From the NCBI GenBank assembly GCA_004431415.1, contig QPMI01000494.1, forward strand, positions 124,001 to 188,000: a stretch of DNA of 64,000 nucleotides, in the 5' to 3' direction. Each line of letters begins with the position of its first letter. Position 1 is the first letter of the stretch. The stretch comes from Cyanophora paradoxa CCMP329. Taxonomy: Eukaryota > Plantae > Glaucophyta. Made by a program: the position numbers and the translations under genes. The notes under the pieces were generated by a model. It was not told the DNA's origin. It did not search any database and saw nothing but the letters and a program-made list of their open reading frames with translations. Shown piece after piece: positions 49,001 to 59,131 of this stretch.

Positions 49001-52000
49001 ATAGGCCTGTCAGCAAAGTTCCCGAAACTCCTTGCACGGTAAGTGAGAAGGCTTTAGAGGCAACATTTGCGGGCGATATCGTCCCGTTCACATACTGCAG
49101 GGCCCCTTCCCCGACACAGCTTATCGTCGAAGGAAGCGCCCACACGATTTCGCCTTCGCGACGAGGCGTGAACATGCACGAGGTCATGGCTCGGAGCTCG
49201 AGGAACTGATCGGAGCACGTGATGTTGCTTGTGCCGTCCGGTATGTATGCAACCGAAACAGTGGTCCGAGCGATTCGAGTAGCGGATCCCGACGCGCCTG
49301 CTAATTGTGTGAGCGCTAGCTGGTTATGAGACTTGATTGCATCGCTGGCATATGCATTCCAGATCCGGTCCAGGACGCACCCACCGCTCTTAAAAACGCG
49401 AAGACCGTCATCGCACTCTTGCCGCCAGGAATAGGTGAGGCCCACGCCGTCACTGTCAGTTCGAAAGCATTGGCAGCCGTGCCCGCCGCCTCCGCAATGA
49501 ACACATCCCCGCGCGTTGCGTTCGCCGTGATGTTGTCCGCCAGTGCGTAGATGACGTAGCCCGCCCTCCGCGGCGTTAAAGTGCAGTTGAAGGGCACCTC
49601 CGCCAGCATCGGCACCGTTGGGCAGTCGAGCACCGAGTTGTCCACGGCCGGGAGGTCTGCGGATCAAGAGACGTCGCTGTGGCATTAAATCCTGTTCATT
49701 CCATGTGAAAGCGATTTGAGGCCTGCACGCTTAGTCCTTTCGAGCGAATCAATTCAACGCACCGAGCACTGTGAATTGCATGCTTGCAAGCAGCTCACCG
49801 CCGGCCGCTGACAGCTGCAGGCTGCCAGGGCCTGTGTTATCGAGAGACGGGACAGCCGTGCTTCCGATAGTAAACGTCCCGATTGGGGCGTGGCCGCTCA
49901 TCGGGATGAAGCTCTTGATGCTTCCGCCAATCGACAGGCTGACGTCAGGCAGCCTTGCCCAGATAACGGTATTGTTCTGTATCCGGAATGTTGATGTTAG
50001 TTAGCTCGATGAATATCGAAAGCCAAAGCTGGATAACCTTTCTTGGCACAAATGTGCAGTTCGCTGACGCTCCCGCCCAGATGAGCACCGGACGACAGCT
50101 CTGCGCACGAACGCCACGCCTATATTCAGATGCCGGGGCAGCTACACTATATAAAAGCTTTAAGCTATAAGCGCTTAATCATTGGTGTTCAGTAGTCAGT
50201 CGAATTGTTCAGTAGTCAGTCAGTAGACGTGGAATTCGAGCTCAAGGAGGTGGAATTCGAGTTTAAGGACGTGGAATTCGAGTTTAAGGACGTGGAATTC
50301 GAGCTCAAGGAAGTAGAATTCGAATCGCAGGAAGTGGAATTCGAATTCAAGGAAGTGGAATTTGAGTTGAAGTATTCCAAATGCGAAAAACGTTTAGCGA
50401 CGATTGTTGACGCTCCAGTTTTGCTGTAGTTCGAGGTGGCCTTGATCTCGAACGTGATGGACCGGGCCCATCCTGACGCTGGCGATTTCGACACCACTTC
50501 TAGGACTCCATCCCGCGTCACCTCCAACTCGATCGTTGAAGCGTTCGTCCACACCGGCTCGCCGCGGGCGGCGGCAGTGAAAGTGCAGACGACGGTCTGA
50601 TCGACAGCGATCGAGTCCGGGCAGGCGAAGGTACTCGAGTTGTCGGCCTCGTAGGAGCACGACATGGTCGTTGTACCCAGCACCAAGCCGTCCGAGCGGC
50701 TCACATTGACTTTGACAGCGCCTGCGCTGCCCGGTAGAGGGTCCTTGTCGCAGGCGGTCATCTGCAGCGAGAACTCGGGGCGGACATCGCCCGCGGGATC
50801 GCGAAGGATAGTGGCGACGCCACCAGTGGCGTTGACCGATAGCTGATCGTACAGGACCCAGATGTAGAGTTCGTCGACGTCCACAAATCGCATGGGGCAG
50901 GGAAAGAAAGGCTCTAGCTCGGGCGAACACGTTGTGGTGATGATCCACGGATGGCCTGAACAGCAGCGTCAATGGTAAAGAAGGGCCGAAACGGGAAGAG
51001 ATAGAAACCAGCACCGTATATAGTTATCGGAATGCGGTGAAGCAAAGTGCCAGTCGCGCTGGAGATAACCACGCCTCCCGGGCCGGTGCACGTTTCGCAC
51101 GCGGTATAAGCAGCCGAGACGGTTAAAAAAAACGTTGGCGCAGCCGGCGGGAAGTGGTCGAGTTTGTTCACATCTGTGCTGTCTACCGATCCTTCGGCTT
51201 CGAACGTAAATCCAGCAGCATTCGGATACACTGGAGAAGATCCGAGGAACGATTCCGTGATGTTTATCTGCAACACAATCGAAGAGGCGAAGGGCAGGAT
51301 AATAGCGCGCCCAGCCCAGTCGTGCGCAAGTGCGACAAAGTCAGGATTATCTGCAAGACAGGGCTCAGCACATTGAACGCCGATATTGACGAGGGCCAAT
51401 TTAACGTTCGATCGCGCATGAACGTACCAGTAACGAAGAACGAGAAAGAAGGGGAGCAGAAGGCGACACTCAGCGTCATACGGCCCGAAAATCCGACGGC
51501 GGGACGGACTTCGACACGCAGGGCAGAACCGACGGATTCTGGTAGAGACGCGACTCCGACGTCGGAGCCCCACAGCTGTTCGGGATCGACGCTTGCGTTG
51601 GCCCGGATGCGCTCTCCGAAAACAGTCCCGTAATAGAGCCTGCTGTACGACTGAACTGGCGCGCCACCGAGATGCGGGTACACCGTGCAGAAGTGGGCCT
51701 GGCCGGCAACAAGCAGATCCAACCCCGAACAGTCAAGTATGCTTGTGCCGTCGGCAGGAACTGATTCGATTTTGGTGGAGTGTTAGACAGATCTTACAAA
51801 GTCACTGCTTCCAGAAGGGTTTGAGGATGCTAAGCTCACCGTAAACGGCCAGGTCGAACACACCTGCTAAGGTGCCTTCGGGGTTCAATGGCCCGCCTTG
51901 CATCCTTATCTGCGTTTGGAAAATCAGGCTCGTAAATACCATCTCTACTCTCCAGCAGATCATCATGACCACTATCTGAGAGCGAGCGATGGAATCGAAC

Positions 52001-55000
52001 CTCGATTCGTCCCCATCCACTTCTCACAGGATCTGTCGAGACTGTGGCCGTGAACGTCGCGTTGCGCGTGTAGATGAAAAACGTGTCCGCTGGGCGCTCA
52101 AGGGGGTCGACGTCCGTGACGTCACCGCGCGTGTAGGAGACCTTGGCTGCAGTTCCGTCCCAGAACCGGTAGGCGATTGGAAGACCCCCGAATCGACCAG
52201 CGAACGTGCAGGTGATTCGGCTCCCAGACTACAACGACATGCGCGCCACATGAGCACGACGTCGGGCAGGAGAAAGGGCCCCCAGCAAAGAGAATCAATG
52301 TTAGAGAGGGCCCTTAACAAATATCAGTATAAAGAAGGGCCACCAGCAAAGAGAATCAATATTATTATAAACGGCCCGCAGAAATGAGAATCAATATTTA
52401 AAAAGGGCACCCAACAAAGAGAATCAATGTAAATGTTCGCACCGGCACATAACGGGACCCGCAGTCCACAAGGGAGCTGTCGTCAGGGACGTCGGGTACT
52501 GTCCCGAAAAGAGCTATCAGCCTTTCTATCCATTAAAAATCGATCTTTCTAGATCTAGTCGCCCCCTTTCTTACAAAAAGCGAAAACAAATAAGCGACTT
52601 ACGGGCCGTGGAAACCCAGTTCCGGTTATCCCAGTCTTCAGGGAAAGAAAGTTGTATCACGTTTCCTTCGTAGTAACTGTACGCTGCGCAGAAATATTGT
52701 GAGCGGCCTTGGTCCGTAGTGGCGTATTCAAGTTAAGATAGCAGATAGCAGGATATATTTTAAGACAGCATTCAAGTGGCATATTCAAGTTAAGATAGCA
52801 ACAAATTGGTTTCCATCACGAGGCAACGTCACGTGGACGGAGAGATAGCCTAAGGTGGCATATAATTATACATAAAATTAGGCGTGGCGGCAGAGGTAAG
52901 GCTGGTGTCCTCTATCAACTTTAATTATAACCGTCCCGGGCGGCTGGCGCGCGCAGGTACAGGCGAGGACAGGCGAGGTACGCGCGTGACCGCGGCGGCT
53001 CGCTCCAAGCCACTCAGGCTATCTCTGCATCACATCACGTACCGCACCACTTAGGCTTTAGGCTTTCTTAGGCTTTATCTCTTCACCACTTAGGCAATGG
53101 CGCGTGGATGTACCGCAGCAGTACGCGTCGCATCCCCAGCAAAGGAAGCTCGTCTGGACCCGACGCGTCGTTACGCGTGCGAAGACGAACTGATCGGAAG
53201 CCCGTATTCTCTCGTAAATTCCGCCTGCAAATAAAGATCGGTTTCTAATCTCAACAGACGCCAATTGCTGTGACCTTGGCTGCAATCCAAGACCGGGCAG
53301 GAGGCGCTTTTCGGCCACCTCGCTTGTGTATTTTTTTGATCCGTTTGGAAATCGGAGCGAATTACGAACGGGGTGGTTTCTGCGAACATGAATGAATTTT
53401 TGCTCGAAGAATTTTTGAATGGGCATATATACTGCCCGAGTTCAATTTGATCTGATGCAATTTAAAGGCGCACCGGTATTCACTTCCGCTACAGCCCAGT
53501 CCGCCCTCGAGTCCGTGTAGCTGCAAAAAGTACATCGAATTAGAGATCGAATCAAAGGCGTCCGTACAGAGGCAGAGGCACGCGGCCGGCGGCCGCGGCA
53601 GAACAACTCGCACCCTCCCCTGTGAGGACACAGAAATGTGCGTCAGCATCGAATACGGAGCTTCAATTCACGTTGCGAGTCTTTTTTGGGCGCACGTGCA
53701 CTGTAGTCCGGAGGTCCACGAGAAGGTGCATCTAAAAGGAAGATAAAATTCCCAGCAGTCGCACATATACGCTGAACCGAGCGCCTCGCTGAAGTACACA
53801 GGGAGGGCGTCGTGAGTTAATTCAATAAATTAAAATATAAGAAATCGCACCCAACGCCCTCCTCCGATTTATAGCCCGCGTCTGTCACTGTGTACATTCT
53901 GCGCACAAATTGAATTGCGTGAGGCCCGCGTCTGTCACTGTGTATATTCTGCGCTTAAATTTCGCGAACCGGAGCAGATCAGGATCGACGTACACAATCT
54001 TGTAAACTGTGCGCTGTCCAGTCCGGACACCCGTGTTCAATCTACGCAGGCCAGATTATTCTCCTAAACCTCGAAACCGAAACCGATTAAAGCGCACCTT
54101 TCCAGCCACAGCATCGGAATTTCCCAAAGGGACAGGTACCGAAAAGCCCGCCAGTGTATACTTTCAGGCGAAATTGCGTGATAGTACGCGTAGTCGACCA
54201 GGCCGCCTGCGCGTTCCGAGCGATGTCGGAAAAGGCGATGTAAGAATTCGATGTATTTTTTTGGGGGGGGGAGGGGGGGAGGGGGGGGAGGGGCAGAGCG
54301 CGACTGCAAACGTGAAAGAAGGAGCGGCCCACACTGACGGACGACGTCAAGGCCCCAACGAGCACTGACACGGAAATTCCGAACTCCTGATGCCGACAGA
54401 AAGTGTCCCATCTCGAGTTGTCGGTGGGAACTCCGGTGAAAGTAAAGTAGAATGGAAACCAGGAAGCGAGCGGAGCCGCGGCCGACGGCCGGTACCAGAT
54501 CGCGTCGGTTGTCGGCTCGGGCCACCAACCGAACGACGAGACCCAGGGCTGGACATCGGGAGACACCCCTACGGACGATCTGCGCTCGCGGCGTTGTAAA
54601 CACTCATAGAATCATGATTGCTTGAATATCGAATCATCCGCCGCGAACCGCGGTATGTTCATTTGTATGCCATTCTTGCGTGGAGTTAGCGTCCCGTAAA
54701 TCCTTTCGCCGTTTATCACGGCTCGTTGAGGACTCGAATCCCAGAATGTCTGCCAGTCGATGTGCGACGTTCCGTCCGGCAGCTCGGAAATAGCCTGGAG
54801 TTCGAAGGGCGCTCCTGCCTCTCCGGATGGGACCAGGACCGATACTACAAGGATCCCATTTGGAGAGGTCCTGGCAGGCCAGAGTATCAATGCGCATGTC
54901 CCCCAGCAGATCCTAGAATCCATCCACCCTGAAAGAATTTTGAGGGGGCCTCACCCAGAGAGTTGTACCTTGACGTCAAAGCTTCCGGCCGACGAGCCCG

Positions 55001-56585
55001 CAGCTGGAGGATCAAGGGTCACAGTTCCAGTGGCGGTCGACGATGCGAGGACGGCGGCGCGAAGGAACGCGACACGGGCACGAAGCGCCCTTCCACTACT
55101 TCGCGGGGAAAAGGTGCACCTGCGTGCAAAAGAACCGTGACGGTCAAGGAGCTGACCATGGCCAGGGGGTTTAATTCTGAGACGAACGATGCGCACTGGA
55201 TAGCCGCCGCGCTTGGAGCGTATAAAGGAAGGCTGTAGCGGGGACAGGCGAGGACCGACGTACGGTCTGGTACGGGGCTCTGGGCTTCTCGTGCCACTGA
55301 GACAAGAGTTGAATCGCTGAGGGTCCCGTGCCTTCCGTAGCGACTCGAATCCCGAGCAACAGGTGAAACATTCGATTCGTCTTCATCGAAGCTACGAAGC
55401 AAGACGCGTACGATAATTGTTGGCAAGGAGCAATCGGAAATCGCGTGCAGCCAACGAATCGATCGCAAGATCGCACAAATCGAGATCTAGACGTGTACGT
55501 GAGCCCTTTTATCTGACGTACCTGTGGTACAGAAGCAGGCTCGGGTCGTACAGAATCTCATCTGGCGTGGTCCCCGAAACAAACAAGGAGACCTCTTGAG
55601 TGCTGAGGGCGCGGCTCCACACCCGGAATTCGTCAAGCGCTCCTATATTTAAAGCTCTCATCTCGAAAGAATAAGAAATAATAAATGAGCGGGGGAACGC
55701 GAACCAATGAATGGATCGTTCCCTCCAGGTGACGCTCCAATATAGGTCTCATTTTCCCACGCAGGAGCAGTGGCCGGGAGGACTGCGTTATTGAGGGCGA
55801 CCTGGACCCCGTTCGCGAGGACTCGACAGTTTCCGCTGGGGTCGACGACAACGGCGACATGGACGAACTGTGGTCCAGAATTCATTCTTTGATTAAGAGC
55901 GCAACGAAAAATCAATCTCCCAGCCACTTGGCGCGCACCTTGTCGGCGATTAGAACAGGCAGCAGAGTGCTGACCGACCCGCTTCCGCGCGCCAAATGAA
56001 GAACTCCCCCCGCCGTCGACTGCGCATGCAAAGCCGAGCCTCGATCAGTCGGCTGCCTCGTCGGACGCGGCGCCGGCGCGTCCCCTCCCTCCTCACCACT
56101 TTAAACTCTTCACCCCTCGAGTAGATCCCGCCCAGCGCGCTGCTGCCAGCACTCCGCACCCTGCAGGTTCGAGGATCAGTCTTGAACTCCTTCGGCCCGA
56201 TAACCCATGAACAAGCGCGGGCCGGCGCATGCGCGCCAGAAATCTATGCTGAAGGGACCGTCGCTGGTGGGAGGACCGCTTCCAGAAGGAATGGTCACAA
56301 AACCGCCGTTCAGAGCGAGAGCGAAAGGGTTCGTGTCGTCTAGTCCCGCCCCAGAGAACACGACAGCTGCGGCAAGCGTGCTTCAGCGCGCGCGCAAGCT
56401 GCATGATCTTGATCAGCGAAGCGTATACGCTGCAGACCGCAAGCAGGTCTGATGGAAACGCAGGCGCAGATGAGTGCGCAAAGTATACGCAGCTGTGCCG
56501 CGGCCGCGGCTCCTTCCGCCGCGGCTGCGGCCGAGCTGCGCCGCAACGCCGGCGGCCTCCAACTCCAATGGCCGGCTGGTCTCAT
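36517..56585 (-). CDS. Giant receptor/adhesin-like protein: signal peptide, LamG/concanavalin domain, many Cys-containing Ig-like repeats, multi-pass (about 7 TM) C-terminal module, low-complexity tail
   Basis: Signal-like LRILCALICACVSI (~56450-56490). LamG motifs PFSIDFW, FVHVAVVV..CRVLANGV, ALDEFRVWSRALS, SFDEDES..DSSRYGRHGTL (55320-56260). Repeats with PDxTSxxxC...CxFTPRxxGxxxWA motif (45300-55200), then GRWSFRLTVAD. TM block 42140-41290, then GFELLYDDFVG (~40400) and further hydrophobic exons at 39950-39050. Stop TAG 36517. Continuity across ~50100-50390 and 52300-54000 is not proven. Confidence 0.65.
37016..37101 (-). repeat. Coding poly-Ala microsatellite, (GCT)n to (GCGGCT)n to (GAGGCT)n on the + strand
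   Basis: Read directly; [17 protein letters not shown]... in ORF 36517..37557. Confidence 0.9.
40098..40420. repeat. Intronic degenerate tandem duplication (~150 bp unit) containing (GATA)n
   Basis: ggccgggccatg, gaaggccgcagttaaaga, ccgacgaagtc and gatagataaacag each recur 2-4 times. Confidence 0.8.
46390..50140 (-). repeat. Intragenic triplication of a ~1.3 kb three-domain cassette (exons plus introns)
   Basis: gttgaagggcacctccgccagcatcgg at ~46999, ~48310 and ~49586; MLAEVPFNCTLTPRRAGY x3; KSFIPMSGHAPIGTFTIGS x2 plus one variant. Confidence 0.9.
50229..50370 (-). repeat. 7 x 21-bp minisatellite (encodes NSTSLxS in frame with the upstream exon)
   Basis: gtggaattcgag(c/t)t(c/t)aagga units; end of ORF 50216..50893. 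Confidence 0.9.
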
Positions 56586-57285
56586 GACGTATGCACACGC
56601 ACGAGCGCATCCACAATTGCAAGTTGGACCACAACAGCGCTAGCTGCCGCTGACATGACACTGGTGCTGCACTGCATGTGTCTCTAGCTGCATGTATCTG
56701 CTGTACGTATACAGGTACATGTGGAATGCATGCGCGGCGCTAGATACGTGCACGGATGCTCGAGCGCTTGCTATAGCTAAGGCTGATCATGATATCGATC
56801 ATGAGGTCCGACGGTTATATGCATGCTGCGATCATCATGGCATCGGGTCAACAAGTGTGTACATGTGCCGCAGAGTCCTGAGTCGGCGCAGACTGGCCCG
56901 CTGTGTGCAGTGTGCACGTGTGCCACGGACCACGGTGTGCAAAGTGCACTGCATCATGGCATGCGCTGGCCCAGTGGAGCCATACTATCATAACTCGTAG
57001 CGCGGTGGGCCGCGCGGCGCGGCCGCGGGCCGCGCCGCCGCGGCCGCCGGGCCGGGCCCGGGGCCGGGGCGCCACTGGCACTGGGCCACTAGTACTGCGG
57101 CTACTGCCGCGCCAGCCCGCGCGCGCGGCCCGCGCTCGGCGCGCGGGCGCGCCGGCGCCACCGCCGCCACGCCGGCGCCGCCGCCGCCGCCGGGCCGGGC
57201 GCGGCCGGCTGGCCCGGCCGGCGGCCGCACGCGGGCCGCGGCCCGCGGCAGACCGGGGCCCGGATCCGGCCCGGCGGATCCGGAT

Positions 57286-57642
57286 TAGAGGTGGGGCTCG
57301 AGCGCAAATCGGCGGCTCGAGCCGGGCTCGAGCCGACACCCCTCGAGCCGCGGGCCGGCTCGAGCCGGCCCGAGGTTGGGGGTACACAGTCCTCGCCTTA
57401 TATAATATTCGATATATATAATAAAAACCTATATAAAATAGCTAGCCGGCTCGCCGGCTCGCCGGCCCGGCGGCTCGCCGATAACAAAACCCGACCTGGC
57501 TCGAGCCAGCCGCGCCATGCCCCTCGAGCCGGCTTGCTCGAGCCGGCCCGCGTGGCCAGAGGTCCGGCTCGAGCCGGCCGGCCCCTCGGCCCGGCCCGGC
57601 CCGGCTCGAGCCAGCCCGGCTCGAGCCCCGTGCCCACCTCTA
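57286..57642. mobile_element. Non-autonomous hAT-type MITE (357 bp)
   Basis: TIR TAGAGGTGGG / CCCACCTCTA. Perfect 8-bp TSD ATCCGGAT (57278-57285, 57643-57650). Subterminal GGCTCGAGCC repeats at both ends and an AT-rich core. Confidence 0.9.
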
Positions 57643-57920
57643 ATCCGGATTCCGGATTCCGGACCGACCGCGGCGAAGTACTAGTCCCGCATTCGCGTTG
57701 GGGGTACACGCGCGTACATACGTACAACCTTGGGGGATGCTTGACTTTTTTTAATGCAGAGCGAGTTTCTTCCAATCAGCGCGACTTTCATCTTACAATT
57801 GCAAAAACCGATTTAGGTTGATGAGCTGGGTACGTAAATAAATTAAACAACGCCCGCTGACTCGGCGCTGAGCTATGCAAATATTAATTGATGCAATATT
57901 AACTTAGTAATTGCGCAATA

Positions 57921-58188
57921 CCGTAGACGACTTAACTACCGGCGTCTACCGCGTCACATATTACCGCGTTCTAAAATTTCGGCGCCGGTAGGCGCTTTAG
58001 CGCGGCACCAAATTAGCGCGTTTTCATCAATTTGGGGTACGACCCATACAAAAGTGTTAGCAAATCTGAGCAAAAGACAAACAATTACCGCGCTACCAAA
58101 TTACCGCGTTATAAAACTTTTGAGCGCGGTAATTTGGTACTACGGTAGCGCAGTAGTGAAGTCAGCGCGTTATATAAGTCGTCTACGG
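57921..58188. mobile_element. Tc1/mariner-type MITE (268 bp)
   Basis: Perfect 14-bp TIR CCGTAGACGACTTA / TAAGTCGTCTACGG flanked by TA on both sides (57919-20, 58189-90); internal TACCGCG repeats. Confidence 0.88.
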
Positions 58189-58234
58189 TAACCCGGCCAG
58201 AGCCGGCAGTCACTAGTACTGAGTGCCCGGCGCC

Positions 58235-58799
58235 TAGGGGCGTGGACCGGGTCGGGGGGTCGACCCGATCGACCCGACCCGCTCGCCGGGCCGACCCGCC
58301 CGGGTCGACCCGGGTCGGCCCAAGGGGGGTACTTCTATCTCGCCCTCTACCGAAAGAACATCACAAACGTGATGAAATGCATCGAAATCGTGCTACAATG
58401 CAGTAGAGACAGTTTATAAATGCAATATCTGCAATACCTGATGCATTTTGCAGTCCGGAAACGAACTTCTGCTGTTTCGGGGGGGTATACGTACGTATCT
58501 ACCATCAAGCAGCCACGTCCACTATATATATGTGTGTGCATTTGCATGCATCTGTGCAACATAGACATGTAAAGCACATATAATACGTCTAATATAGACG
58601 AAGATTTCAGCATTTAGAAACACCTGAGAAAGGTGCAGAACGGTCCCCAAGGGTGTACCCAGGACCCAGCGACCCGGGTCGACCCGGTTCGGCCCCGGAT
58701 CGGGTCTGACCCGGGTCGGGGGGTCGGCCCGATCGACCCGCTTGCCTGGCCGACCCGACCGGGTCGACCCGGGTCGGCCCGGCCCGGTCCACGATCCTA
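58235..58799. mobile_element. Non-autonomous hAT-type MITE (565 bp), second family
   Basis: TIR TAGGGGCGTGGACCGGG versus reverse-complemented right end TAGGATCGTGGACCGGG (2 mismatches in 17). Perfect 8-bp TSD CCGGCGCC (58227-58234, 58800-58807). Subterminal GGGTCGACCC repeats. Confidence 0.9.
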
Positions 58800-58882
58800 C
58801 CGGCGCCGGCATGCGCACCGGCGCGCCGCCATTGCCCCGGCCCCCGGGCCGCCAAATCGGCGCCAATGCCACACTGCATGCG

Positions 58883-59131
58883 CACAGCTCGTTTTTTTTA
58901 CCGGTCGACCCAACATGTACATGTCCACGGCGAGTATCTGGTTTTCATCAAAATTCCCCGCGGGTATTTGGAATTCCCCGGCGCAACTTGCCGCGTGCGG
59001 CGTGCATTCTACCCGCTAGCTTGCCGGCTACAATTGCAACGTGATCCTGAAGCGGGACTAGCCGTCGTGCGCCGGCTACCCTTGTTCATATCCGGGCCAT
59101 GTTGGGTCGATTAGGAAAAAAACGAGCTGTG
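58883..59131. mobile_element. CACTA/EnSpm-like MITE (249 bp)
   Basis: TIR CACAGCTCGTTTTTTT / AAAAAAACGAGCTGTG, inner inverted TCGACCCAACATG, 3-bp TSD GCG (58880-82, 59132-34). Confidence 0.8.

Noticed and set aside
50229-50370. Regular 21-bp repeats as a CRISPR array
   Set aside because: Head-to-tail units without unique spacers, eukaryotic context, no cas genes
52272-52430. Spaced AAGGGC.CC..CAAAGAGAATCAAT repeats as CRISPR-like
   Set aside because: Degenerate, irregular spacing, intronic. They fit local tandem duplication, as does the gtggc.tattcaagttaagatagca pair at ~52719-52800.
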